Part shown: positions 11,561-23,920 of the stretch, piece by piece
How positions within the stretch are numbered: position 1 is the first letter of the stretch
Layout: each line of letters begins with the position of its first letter
From: Chiloscyllium plagiosum
Lineage: Eukaryota
Direction of reading: 5' to 3'
Length of the DNA: 64,000 nucleotides
NCBI RefSeq assembly: GCF_004010195.1
Contig: NC_057719.1
Coordinates: 42,548,742-42,612,741 of the forward strand
Notes under the pieces: model-generated
What the model was told of the DNA's origin: nothing
What the model saw: the letters and a program-made list of their open reading frames with translations, nothing else
Database searches by the model: none
Position numbers and translations under genes: made by a program

Positions 11561-12754
11561 TGAAGCAATCTCAATTCCTGTGTTACTCTCACACTACCAC
11601 ACTGTGAATTACTTCATAACATACTTGGAATTCTACTCCTTGTTCACAACATATTCTCTCTTTTGCCTCCTGCAGATTTAAGCAGCATTAGCATGGTCTC
11701 CATAGTCAAAAGGACATTCCCTCCACCTCCGAGAAAAATAGCATGATGCCTCAGAGGGTATACCAGCAAGGCAGCCTCCTGTACCATCCAACAGTTCAGA
11801 TACTAACCCATCAGTGAATACTTCAGCTAGATTATATCTTGGAGTACCTGCTGGTGAGCATGTCACTCCTCGGTCTCTGCAGCTGATGAATGAGGAAGCC
11901 TCAGGTCATTGGCATTTAAAGAACTGCTGGAGACCCTGCACTTGCCTACCCCAGGCAGGAGTGAACCCAATGGTATCAGCAATAAGGGAGTTAATCAACA
12001 GTCACAGGAGCAGCAGGCAGTTTTGTCAGTAGCACTGGATAACCTGAAAGTAAGAGTGCAGGATTCCAGCAATGCTGTCTGGACCTTGCTGCCTTCGGCA
12101 TGTGACTGGCTGTTTCCACGAACAGAATGGTGGATGTCATGGAGTGTTAGGTCCAGCAGTGTCATGGGACTTTGACTCGTCCTTTCCTCACATGGACACA
12201 GAGCAGTGCTAATAGATACCCAGTTAGAGGAGGAATCTCATAATTCTCCCTAGAAGTGTCCTCTCAGGACACTCCAGAATTGGCTGGGCCTTCAAACCTC
12301 ACCCTGCTTTTCACCTCTAGCCCTGTGGGAGGTCAAGCTGAGGAGGCAGGATACACTCAGCATGTCGGGACCTCCTGGGCACAAGCACACCCCAGCATCA
12401 CCCAACCAAAGCTCCCAGGCAAATGGGCTCCACATGGGCAGGCTGCCTCCGTCATTGCGGACCCCAGATTGCACTGAGACTGAATGGGAGCAAAGGAAGA
12501 AGATGAGCTTCTGAACACAATTTGGTTGCAATGAATGACACTTCATTGCAAATATATTCTCACAATTATAAATACATGTTCACTATTATTCATCAGCTCC
12601 ATGAGCGAATGTCTGTTCAGCCTAATGATACTGAAATTACAAAGACTAACCATCCTTAGTGTTACAAAATATCCTCTTGTCCAAGGTGTTAAGTGAGCAC
12701 CATCCTGCTCCATGTGCAGGCTATGGAACTTGGAACATGATTTCTAGTTTGGCA

Positions 12755-13220
12755 ATGATTTACCAGGATGTTGCCAGAGATGGAGAGTTTGAGTTACAGT
12801 ATAAGGAGAAACTGGATAGGCTGAGATATTTTTGACTGGAACGTAGGAGATTGAGTAGTGACCTTATAGAGGTTATAAAATCATGAGGGATCTAGATAAG
12901 GTTAATAGCGGGTGTGGGGGATTTCAAGACTAGGGGCCATATTTTTAAGGTGAGAGGAGAAAGATTTTAAAAAGACATGAAGGGCATTTGTTTTTACACA
13001 GAGAGTGGTTCACATGTGGAATAAACTTCCACGGGAAGTGGTGGATGCGGGTATAGTTACAATGTTTAAAAAATATTTGGATAAATACATGAATAAGAAA
13101 TATTTGGAGGGATATGGGCCAAGCGCAGCCAGGTGGGACTAGTTTAGTTTGGGATGATAGTTGGCATGGACAGGTTGAACCAAAGGGTCTGTTTCTATGC
13201 TGTGTAACTCTATGACTCTA
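12755..13220 (+). mobile_element. CR1 LINE 3' fragment
   Basis: FTRMLP...DLIEV...FFTQRVV..WN motifs; tail TAACTCTATGACTCTAT. Confidence 0.85.
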
Positions 13221-13961
13221 TAATTAGTGAATGCTTTCAGATTGCATGTACATCACAGCCATTATGGGATTGTTTCGCAATGTTGCACGTTGTAGTCGAG
13301 AGAGCTGGCACCAGGATTTAATGCCTTTAGTTCACAAAGTGCATATTGCTCGCAGGTGTGTTTCAGCATCAGTGTATGAATGTCTTTGGAATTTTATTGT
13401 CCTTTAATGAGCATCTTGTTGAAGAAATTGAAGAGCCTTCCCTCACACTTACCCCATCCCTGAATGTTGTGGCAGCCATATTCAGCTCTTGTGAGTCTCA
13501 GCTCAGACTCGCAATCTCAGTGAGCCCACAAACACACATATTCCCTTCTTGTAGCTCTTTTTGTCAAACCCTATAGTCTTTGAACTTCCCCAAGTACCCT
13601 CCCACCCCAACCATCTAAATTTTCATCGCCCCATTTTACACCTTCCCTTACACCCCCACACACCAACCCTCCTATCCCCATGACAGACCTAGTAGTCTAC
13701 TATCATGGAAAACAGGATGCTGCTGACTGTGGATGATATGCCTCTCGCATTATCCCTTTACCTTCAATCTATCATCTTCCCCATTATATATTGAGTTGCC
13801 ATCTCCCTTCACAATTGGAATCCCCTCTGCATCCCAGCATGCTGCCTCTAATGCCCTCTAATTAAGTTCCCAGATTCAAGTCCCTGATAAATACCCCCAT
13901 TGACTTTCAGTGAACAGGCCCGAGGGCTGACTGTAGCTCATCTCATTGAGTGATCAGGATC

Positions 13962-15155
13962 AATGGTGCTGGAAGAGCACAACAATTCAGGCAGCATCAA
14001 GGAGCTTCAGCAAAATCGACGTTTCGGGCAAAAGCCCTTCATCAGGAATAAAGGCAGAGAGCCTGAAGCGTGGAGAGATAAGCTAGGGGAGGGTGGGGGT
14101 GGGGAGAGAGTAGCATAGAGTACAATGGGTGAGTGGGGGAGGAGATGAAGGTGATAGGTCAGGGAGGAGAGGGTGGAGTGGATAGGTGGAAAANNNNNNN
14201 NNNNNNNNNNNNNNNNNNNNNNNNNNNNNNNNNNNNNNNNNNNNNNNNNNNNNNNNNNNNNNNNNNNNNNNNNNNNNNNNNNNNNNNNNNNNNNNNNNNN
14301 NNNNNNNNNNNNNNNNNNNNNNNNNNNNNNNNNNNNNNNNNNNNNNNNNNNNNNNNNNNNNNNNNNNNNNNNNNNNNNNNNNNNNNNNNNNNNNNNNNNN
14401 NNNNNNNNNNNNNNNNNNNNNNNNNNNNNNNNNNNNNNNNNNNNNNNNNNNNNNNNNNNNNNNNNNNNNNNNNNNNNNNNNNNNNNNNNNNNNNNNNNNN
14501 NNNNNNNNNNNNNNNNNNNNNNNNNNNNNNNNNNNNNNNNNNNNNNNNNNNNNNNNNNNNNNNNNNNNNNNNNNNNNNNNNNNNNNNNNNNNNNNNNNNN
14601 NNNNNNNNNNNNNNNNNNNNNNNNNNNNNNNNNNNNNNNNNNNNNNNNNNNNNNNNNNNNNNNNNNNNNNNNNNNNNNNNNNNNNNNNNNNNNNNNNNNN
14701 NNNNNNNNNNNNNNNNNNNNNNNNNNNNNNNNNNNNNNNNNNNNNNNNNNNNNNNNNNNNNNNNNNNNNNNNNNNNNNNNNNNNNNNNNNNNNNNNNNNN
14801 NNNNNNNNNNNNGCTCCTCCTGGGATCAGATACGGCGGAGGCGGAGGAATTGGGGATATGGGATGGCATTTTTGCAAGAGATAGGGTGGGAAGAGGTGTC
14901 ATCCAGGTAGCTGTGGGAGTCGGTGGGATTGTAAAAAATATCAGTGTCAAGTCGGTCTTCACTAATGGAGATGGAGAGGTCCAGGAAGGGGAGGGAGGTG
15001 TCAGAGATGGTCCAGGTAAATTTAAGGTCAGGGTGGAATGTGTTGGTGAAGTTGATGAATTGCTCAACCTCCTCGCGGGAGCACGAGGTGGCGCCAATGC
15101 AGTCATCAATGTAGCGGAGGAAGAGGTGGGGAGTGGTGCCGGTGTAATTACAGAA
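13962..15155 (-). mobile_element. 5'-truncated Penelope-like element (RT C-terminus, gap, 3' pLTR with hammerhead-like core)
   Basis: The minus strand at 14813-15155 encodes LFLRYIDDC...FHPDLKFT...LPFLDL...PTDSHSYLD..SSHP..CKNAIP; pLTR core CTGATGAAGGGCTTTTGCCCGAAACGTC at 14018-14045. Confidence 0.85.
14194..14812. other. Assembly gap (N run)
   Basis: Run of n characters. Confidence 1.
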
Positions 15156-15513
15156 GATCAGACAGTCCTGAACAATGAGTGACCATGTCTACTGACTGAT
15201 AGCTGGACAGCTCCCTGATTGTCGTTCCAAGACCCCCAGATTGGTTGTACTGGTGCCCCAGGGCTGACTCTGGCTCACTCCCAGACTGTAGAAGAATGGA
15301 CTCCCTGACAGTGACCATCCTGAATGTTTCACTGATCAGACAGTCCTGAACAATGAGTGACTATGTCTACTGACTGATAGCTGGACAGCTCCCTGATTGT
15401 CATTCCAAGACCCCCAGATTGGTTGTACTGGAGCCCCAGGGCTGACTGTGGCTCACCCCCAGACTGTAGAAGAATGGACTCCCTGACAGTGACCATCCTG
15501 AATGTTTCACTGA
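15156..15513 (+). repeat. Tandem duplication of a ~178-bp unit (2 copies)
   Basis: GATCAGACAGTCCTGAACAATGAG...CTGAATGTTTCACT at 15156-15333 and 15334-15511, with few mismatches. Confidence 0.9.
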
Positions 15514-17949
15514 CCATGCCCAAGCCTCTGGATTGATATCAGAGGCTGACCTTGACCTACTGTGCAAAGAACTCCTGCATAAAGGGGGTCTGTTTTGATT
15601 GGGAACTACTCCCCTTTGATTTTGAGACGTGGCCATTTGCATGAGGCACATGCAGTGTGCTCGACGGTGTACACACTGATACAGGGTGCAGTTGTGAGAC
15701 TGACACAACACAAAGCATCAATTAACTGATGACTACTGACAACATCAACAAGCTGTCTGCGTTTGTGTCTGTATTGAAAGGCAAAACAGAAGAATTGTGA
15801 GCCTTTAAACACTGTCTGAGGGGGCAAAGTGCACAAAGGTGAGACAAGGCAGGGAGGCTGTGAGCATTCAAGGAGGCACAAAATGAGTGAGCACTAAGAG
15901 AGCAAGTGGGGATGTCTTAAATGCACTGTTATGATCCCCATTGATGTTATATTACTAGTCAGATCCCAGACTGAAACATGGCTTTATAAATTTTTTTTAT
16001 TATTTAATGAGATGGTCTTTCACTGAAACACAAACGTGCATGCTGCAGATTTGGTTTAATCAATAAAATGGAAGTTTATTATGAAAAATAAATGGAGAAA
16101 AAATAGAATTATTTGTATATAACACAATTTGAAAGATTTCAAAACATACAGTAACAATATTATCCCATCTAGTCCAAAACCATCATGTCATAGTATTCAA
16201 AAACCACAATAAGTTGGCTTCTTTATCAATTCTACAGATTTAACATAATTGTTCTTTTTACTTCCTTGAAAATTTGGGAGCCTCTTCCCTGATTAGTCAG
16301 ACAAGTGAGTTTAGACTTTCTCAGCTTTGAATAATCCCTTACAGGTTCTACCAAATATAACTGGTCTAGAACTTTGAAACTGAAGATCTTGTACTGAGCT
16401 AACCTATTTCCTAACAGTTCTAAAGCAACTCCTTTCTCTATGAGAAACTATTCCATATATCTAGTTCAAGCTAGACTTCTGTGAAATGAGATGCTGGTGC
16501 CAGGTGTCCAAGGTGTCCTTCACTGCTGCAGAACCCCTTCCTCACACTGAGATGAATGTTAGTGGGTAGTTCTTGGCTGGCAACAATTTTGAGTGAGAGT
16601 GGGACCAATAACAAAGTAACTGTTAGCACTGTTAATAAATTATGTAACTATTTGGACTAATCAACTAATATTGAGCAATACAAATATTTATTCTACCAAA
16701 CGAAGTATCTGCCCAGAGCTGGATTTAAATCCACTACTAAACAAAGAACTATTATTCAACTACTGAATTATTAAAACAAACCACTCACTAACTGTTGTGG
16801 GTATAGTGGCAAACCATACACCTTCCTACTGTTCAGGCATCAACTACTATTTGGTAGAAACAGTCACTGCTACTGTTGCTAAAAACATTTGGAACTTCCT
16901 AAGCATTGTCCAGGATTCAATACTTTTTCTTATTGTATGACAAACATAAAACTTAATGTTGCTCTGGACAATTCCTGTACACCTGGAACCTTCTCTGAGT
17001 GTCTACATTTAAATCACTGACTTTGGAGGGTTCAGGTAAAAGTAAGCAAATTTTTACTTGGGAAAAGTTACACTATTGAGTACATAGTCTAATTCCTGCC
17101 TAACCTTTCAACTGACTTCATATGGACCTACACAATCTCAAATAGATCTTGCCCAGATTTCTTACACTCCCAGACCCAGACTGAACTCCTTCTGGACCTG
17201 ACTCAACACCTTTCCCGAAACCCCCCTACAGGACCTGACATCCTGTTCCCCAGCTGTACCTGATGCTTCACACATCCACCTCCTGTGCTAATGCACCTTT
17301 CCATCCTAATGTAATAGTAGTAATGTGATGCTTTAGTTAAGTAACTTGCCTGGAATAGAACTATTAAGAGTAAATCTGAAAGGTGACAGTTGTTAAATGC
17401 TTTTCATGAGAGAATATCGCTACCTGTATTTGGAATCTGAGAACCATAGCAGCAGTGGAAAAAATGTCTATTAGTCTAATACAGACCAAAAACTATATAC
17501 AAAATTGCTACTATACTCCAACGAGAAACATCATTGATAGCTATTACACCGAATTAAACTTACTGGAAAATTGTAGGAATGTATTTTGGTGGCTGTTTGA
17601 GGAAGAAAAAAGAATTATAAATTGTTATAATTGCAGTATCTTTGTTGCTGAAAGTTTATATTAAATTGCATAAAGAGGGATTATGTTCTCTTTGATATAT
17701 AATTGTTACAAATCTTAGAATTTATGAGATAGAAATGTTTTAAACTGTCTCCTTTAATTCAAGGTAAATTGGAGTTATCTGGTGAAGGAAATCCACCCAG
17801 AAACAAGTACATGTGACCTGGTTGCTACTGGGACAGGAACCCATGTGAAACATCTTGAAAGAACGATGCAAATTTTAATCATCTGGACATGAAGGAGGAA
17901 AGAACTGGTTTTATTTTCTATAGACTGACAAAATCTCAGCTTCAGTCAG

Positions 17950-20694
17950 TCATGGAATCATAGAGTCATAGAGATATACAGCACGGAAACAGACCCTTTG
18001 GTCCAACTCGTCCATGACGACCAAATATCCTAACCCAATCTAGTCCTGCATTCCCCCACCCCAGAGAAAATACTTTGTCTATTTATCCTATCCATGCCCC
18101 TCATGATTTTATAACAGCCCCAACGTATTCAACCTCTCCCTACAGCTCAAATCCTCCCAACCTGGCAACATCCTTGTAAATCTTTTCTGAACACTTTCAA
18201 GTTTCACAGCATCCTTCCAATGGGAAGGAGACCAGAATTGCATGCAATATTCCAAAAGTGGCCTAATCAATGTCCTGTACAGGTGTAACATGACCTCCCA
18301 ACTCCTGTACTCAATACTCTGGCCAATAGAGGAAAGCATGCCAAACACCTTCTTCACTATCCTATCTACTTGCTAAAATTTGCTTTCCCAAAATGCAGCA
18401 CCTCGCATTTGAACAAGATCCTGTTGTAAGCTAAGTAACCTTTTTTGTACACTACAATTTTGATGTCATCTGCAAACTCACTTCCTATACCTCTTATGCT
18501 CACATCCAAATCACTAAATAAATGATGAAAAGTAGTGGACCCAGCACCGATCCTTGTGGCACTCAACTGATCACAGGCCTCCAGTCTGAAAAATATCCCT
18601 CCACCACCATCCTCTGTCTTCTATCATTGAGACAGTTCTGTATCCAATTGGCTAGTTCTCCCTGTATTCTATGAGATCTAACCTTGCTAACCAGTCTCCC
18701 ATGGGGAAACTTGTCGAACGTCTTACTGAATAGATTGTGTCAACTGTTCTGCCCTCATTAATCCTCTTTGTTACTTCTTCAAAAAACTCAATCAAGTTCA
18801 TGAGATATGATTTCCCATGCACAAAGCCATATTGACTGTTCCTAATCAGTCCTTGCCTTTCCAAATACATGTACATCCTGCCCCTCAGAATTCCCACCAA
18901 AACACTTGCCTACTGCTGACGTCAGGCTCATTGGTCTATAGTTCCCTGGCTTGTCCTTACCACCTTTCTTAAATAGTGGCACCATGTTAGCCAACCTCCA
19001 GTCTTCTGACATCTCACCTGTGACTATCAATGATATAAATATTTCAGCAAGGGGCTCAGCAATCACTTCCCAAGCTTCCAACAATATTCTATGGTACACC
19101 TGATCAGGTCCTGGGGATTTATACACTTTTATGCATTTCAAGGCATCCAGAACTTCCTCATCTGTAATATTGACATTTTTCAAGATGTCACCATCTATTT
19201 CCCTACATTCTATATCTTCCATGTCATTCTCCACAGTAAATACTGATGCAAAATACCCATTTAATATCTCCCCCATCTCCTGTGGCTCCACACAAAAGCC
19301 ACCTTGCTGATCTTTGAGGGGCTCTATTCTGTAAATACCCTTTGGATTCTCCTTAGCTCTATTTGCCAAAACTATCTCAAATTCCCTTTTTGCCTCCTGA
19401 TTTCCCTTTAAGTGTACTCCTGCTGTCTTTACACTCTTCTAAGGATTCACTCGATCTATCCTGTCTATACCTGACATATGCTTCCTTTTTTGTAGCCAAA
19501 CCCTCAATTTCTTTAGTCATTCAGCATTCACTACAACTATAAGCCTTTCCTTTCACCCTAACAAGAACATACTGTCTCTGGACTCTTGTTATTTCATTTC
19601 TGAAGGCTTCCCATTTTCCAGTCATCCCTTTAGCTGCGAACATCTGCCCCCAATCAACTTTTGAAAGTTCTTGCCTAATACCATCAAAATTAGCCTTCCT
19701 CCAATTTAAAACTTCAACTTTTAGATCTGGTCTATCCTTTTCTATCAGTATTTTAAAACTAATAGAATAATGGTCACTGGCCCCAAAGTGCTCCCCCACT
19801 GACAGCTCAGTTACCTGCCCTGCCTTATTTCCCAAGAGGAGGTCAAGTTTTGCACCTTCTCTAGTAAGTACATCCACATAATGAATCAGAAAAGTTTCTA
19901 GTACTTAACAAATACCTCTCCATCTAAACCCTTAACACTATGGTAGTCCCAGTCTATGTCTGGAAAGTTAAAATCCCCTACCATAACCATCCTATTATTC
20001 TTAGAGATAACTGAGATCTCCTTACTAATTTGTTTCTCAATTTCCAGCTGACTATTAGGGGGCCTATAATACAATCCCAATAAGGTGATCATCCCTTCCT
20101 TAGATCTCAGTTCCACCCAAATAACTTCCCTGGATTATTTCTGGGAATATCCTACCTCAGTACAGATGTAACGCTATCCCTTATCAAAAACGCCACTCCC
20201 CTTCCTCCCTTGCTTCCCTTTCTATCCTTCCTGTAGCATTTTATCCTGGAACATTAAGCTGCAGTCCTGTCCGGCTCTGAGGCACTTTTCTGTAATTGCT
20301 ATGGTATCCCAGTCCCATGTTCCTAACCATGCCCTGAGTTCATCAGCCTTCCCTGTTAGCCCTTTTGCATTGAAATAAATACAGTTTGATTTATCTGTTC
20401 CAGCACCACACTTTTGACTCTGATCTCCAGCATCTGCAGTATTCACTTTCTCCTACCTTATTCTCTGCTTTATCCCTGTCTGCCCTGACTGTATGACTCA
20501 CTTCTTTTCTTAACTGTACCAGTCTCAGACTGATCTCTTTCCTCACTATCTCCCTGGGTCCCACACCCCATCCCCAAATTACTAGTTTAAATTCTCCTGA
20601 GCAGCTCTCGCAAATCTCCCTGCCAGTGTATTAGTCCCCTTCTAATTCAGGTGCAATTCGTCCTACTACAGGTCACTTCTACCTGAGAAGAGAT
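17950..20694 (-). mobile_element. CR1 LINE (ORF1 esterase end + APE endonuclease + RT, decayed, internal deletions) with 9-bp TSD
   Basis: ORFs with YFNAKGL, LYYRPP, MVGDFNFPDIDW, KSPGPD, PGNYRPMSL, QYGFVHGKS and FADD; TTCAGTCAG at 17941-17949 and 20695-20703. Confidence 0.92.
20396..20455 (+). mobile_element. Short Penelope-end fragment nested in the CR1
   Basis: TTCCAGCACCACACTTTTGACTCTGATCTCCAGCATCTGCAGTATTCACTTTCTCC matches the arms of the 7543 and 61485 elements. Confidence 0.7.
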
Positions 20695-21062
20695 TTCAGT
20701 CAGAGGGAGATTTGGGGTAGAAGACCAAATCTCGTGTTCCTAATCCCAGCAGAGGAAAAGGATTGTTTTCAGCTTAACTACAAAAAAGAATGCTGGTGAG
20801 GATAAATCCTCTATATGAAGAAGGAAGGCTTGTGGAGAGTGAAGGAATTGCCAAAGAGTGCCTTGCTACTAGAATTCCATTCAGTTATACCCAGAAGAAA
20901 GAGTGAGCAGACTTTGTTTGAAAGGATACTGGAAGATTCGCTCTTGAATGGCAAGGAGAAGAGATCTATTAAAGGCAGGAGGAGCGTTGTAATTGACATA
21001 CAAGACTATGTTTCTGCTGAGAGTCCATACATTTTGAAACTGGCCCTGTATCTGTGAATGAT

Positions 21063-21271
21063 GTTGCTTTGGGGAACCAGCGAAGAGATGGATCATGAAT
21101 AGATTCTCAGAGCCTTCAGGAGATAACAATGTAAAAGCTGGAAGAATTGTTTTGGCTATGAACTCCCTTGCCTTCATTGCCAAAATATTTCTTCCAGTGT
21201 TTACACTGTTATCTCATGAATTCTCTGAGGATCTAATCATGATCCATCTCTTTGCTGGCTCCCCTATGCAA
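21063..21271. repeat. ~210-bp long inverted repeat (hairpin, MITE-like)
   Basis: Arm 21063-21162 is the approximate reverse complement of 21173-21271, with a ~10-nt spacer. Confidence 0.8.
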
Positions 21272-22169
21272 AGGAGTTCTAGGATTTCACCCAGCAACAG
21301 TGTAGGAATAGCAATATCGTTCCAAGTCAGCATGGTGTCTGACTTGGAGGGGAACATGCAGGTAGTAATAGTGTTTCCATGTCAGTGCCATCTTTGTCCT
21401 TCTAGATGGTAGAGATCATGAGTTTGCAAGGTGCTATTGACAGAATCCCTTAAAAGTCCCTATGGCATAAAACTTCAGCATAGTTGTGTTGTTCACTAGT
21501 GATACTTGTGATGCAGTGTGAATCATGGACTGACCTCTGTAAATTCTTCATTTATAAATTCCTCCCACTGCACTAAGAAACAATTGGCAACAGGTGTTGG
21601 TTTCAACTTGTTTGCTTTATAAATGCTGTCACAAGTACTTTAAATTTTGCCTTTGTTCAACTCCAGATATGATCAGGTGTACATCTCTCACTTTTTCCAT
21701 ATTGCTTTCATATGTAATTTTGCAGGGGTTTATTATGGGTTTAACAGTTGAGACATCTTATACATAACCTGACCCCTTTTATTAGATGGAAGAAACCCCT
21801 ACAACACTGCTAATCATAGAAAAATAGTCCATGAAATGTGTTCCATAGGGCCATAGTTATAGAGAACCAAAATCTGTTAATGGAATGTGTCAAGTTCCTG
21901 GAGATCTCAGCCACCGCTTGCTTAATGCTCCAAGCTGGGAAAGATATGAGCTGGGGTATGTCATATGGAAATGCCAGGAGTGGGTATATGATATTAAACC
22001 ACTATTCCAACTGATCTAATGACACAAATTAAGTTGCAAGAAGGAACTTGCACTAGTCCTTTCAAAGGGATAGACATCCAGATTTCCAGTCTGACTTCTA
22101 CCAGCACAGTTTGTGAAAATACATTGGCTTGTTTTTGGATTTCTTTTATTAGTTAGTGCATTTTCTTTT

Positions 22170-23920
22170 ATTCATTCATGAGTTGTACGTGTCTCTGGCT
22201 GGGCCAGTTTTTTATTGGCCATCCTAATTGCACTTAAGAAGGTGGTTGTGAACTGCCTTTTTGAACTGCCTTATTCCTTGGCATGTATGTACATGCACAA
22301 GCTGTTAGTGAGAGTAATAGTGACAATGGAGGAGTGGAGATGCAGTTCTAAATCAAGATTCTGTGTGACTTCGAGGAAAATTTGCATGTGATAGTGTTCC
22401 CATGTATTTGCAGCCATTTTCCGTCAAGATGATACAGGTCTCGGGTTTGAAAGGTGCAGGTTGAGGATTTTTGGTGAGTTGTTGCAATGCATCTTGCAGT
22501 TGTACAGACTGTTGTACCTGTGCATCAGCAATGGAAGTAGTGGCTGTTGAAAGTGTTCAATGGGATTGAGCTGAGTCTCTTGAGTATTGTTGAAGCTGTG
22601 ATTATCCAGGCAAGTGCAGAGTATTCCAACACCCTCCTGATTTGTGTCTTGTAGACAGTGAGCAGGATTTGAGCAGTCAGGAGATGAATTACTCACCACA
22701 AAATTCCAAGTCTCTGATCTCCGTTTGTAGCCACTGTATTTAAATTACTCCATCAGTTTGGTTACAGGTCAGATCCACCCAGGATATTGATAGTAGGCTA
22801 TTAACTGATGACAATGCCATGAATGTCATGGAGGAGAAAGTGAGGACTGCAGATGCTGGAGATCAGAGCTGAAAATGTGTTGCTGGAAAAGCGCAGCAGG
22901 TCAGGCAGTATCCAAGGAACAGGAGAATCGACGTTTCGTGCATAAGCCCTTCTTCAGGAATGAGGAAAGTGTGTTTTAGCCTGCTGGACACACATTTCCA
23001 GCAACACATTTTCAGCCATGAATGTCATGGAGTGATGTTTGCATTCTCTCTTGTCATTGGTCAATGCCTGACACTTATATGTTGCAAATGTTACTTGTTA
23101 CTTATCAGCCCAAGCCAAAATGGTGTCCAGGTTTTTCTCCATACGTGGACTGCTTCAGTATCTGAGCAGTCATTAAAAGTGCTGAAATTTGTACAATCAT
23201 TAGAAAGTATTCCCCAGCTCTCAACTTATGGTTTTGGGAAGGTTATTGATAAAACAGTTGGAGATAATTAGATCAAGGACATTACCATGAGGGACTGAAT
23301 GCAGTGAGCCAGGAAGCCTGGGTTGGCATCCCACCTGTTCCAGAGGTGTGTCATTACAGGTTGTTCAGAAAATAAGTACCATAAGGCACATACGTAGTGA
23401 TGTGTTGGGGCTGAGGTGATTGATTTTAAACAACTACCACCATTTTTCTTTGTGCTAGGCATGAATACAACCAGTGGAGGGTTTTCCCTTGATGTTATTG
23501 ATTCCAGTTTTGCTAGGACTCCTTGTTATATTTTCAGCCAACTGTTGCCTTGATGGCAAGGGCAGTTACTCTTACTTCCCCTCTTGAGTTCTGCCCTTTT
23601 GCCATGTTTGAACCAAGGCTATAATGAGGTAAGAAGTTGACTGGATCTGTTGAAATGCAAACTGAGCATTTGTTCATTGAATGTTGTTTGATAGCATTGT
23701 CGAAGACAGCTTTCATCACTTTATGAATGGTTGAGAATAAACTGATGATATGATAATAGGCTAGGTTGTATTTGTGTTGCCTTTAGTGGACAGTCCATAC
23801 TTAGACAATTGTCCATATGGCCTGATCAATGGCACACTAGGTTTTGGGTTCTGAAGTCTTGTTGGAACTATATCCATCCAGGCAAGTGGAGAGCATTCCA
23901 TCACATTTCTGACATGTGCA
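22170..23920 (-). mobile_element. Old CR1/L2-clade LINE relic, interrupted by a PLE-derived insert
   Basis: Decayed RT C-terminus (YK.Q.R...EYS...W-like at 22600-22660); same family as 59605-64000. Confidence 0.6.
22834..23014 (-). mobile_element. Penelope pLTR-derived insertion with partial inverted end and 18-bp TSD
   Basis: GCCATGAATGTCATGGAG at 22816-22833 and 23015-23032; minus-strand core CTGAAGAAGGGCTTATGCACGAAACGTC at about 22930-22957. Confidence 0.85.

Noticed and set aside
14083..15182. Long ORFs of 230-350 aa in the track (also 62731-63564)
   Set aside because: Artefacts of reading through N gaps; the flanks are PLE sequence.
15156..15513. CRISPR-like or other repeat-spacer array
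   Set aside because: Only two contiguous 178-bp units with no spacers, in a eukaryotic context.
15926..16650. Possible solo LTR starting TGTTATGA
   Set aside because: No matching end or TSD could be identified.
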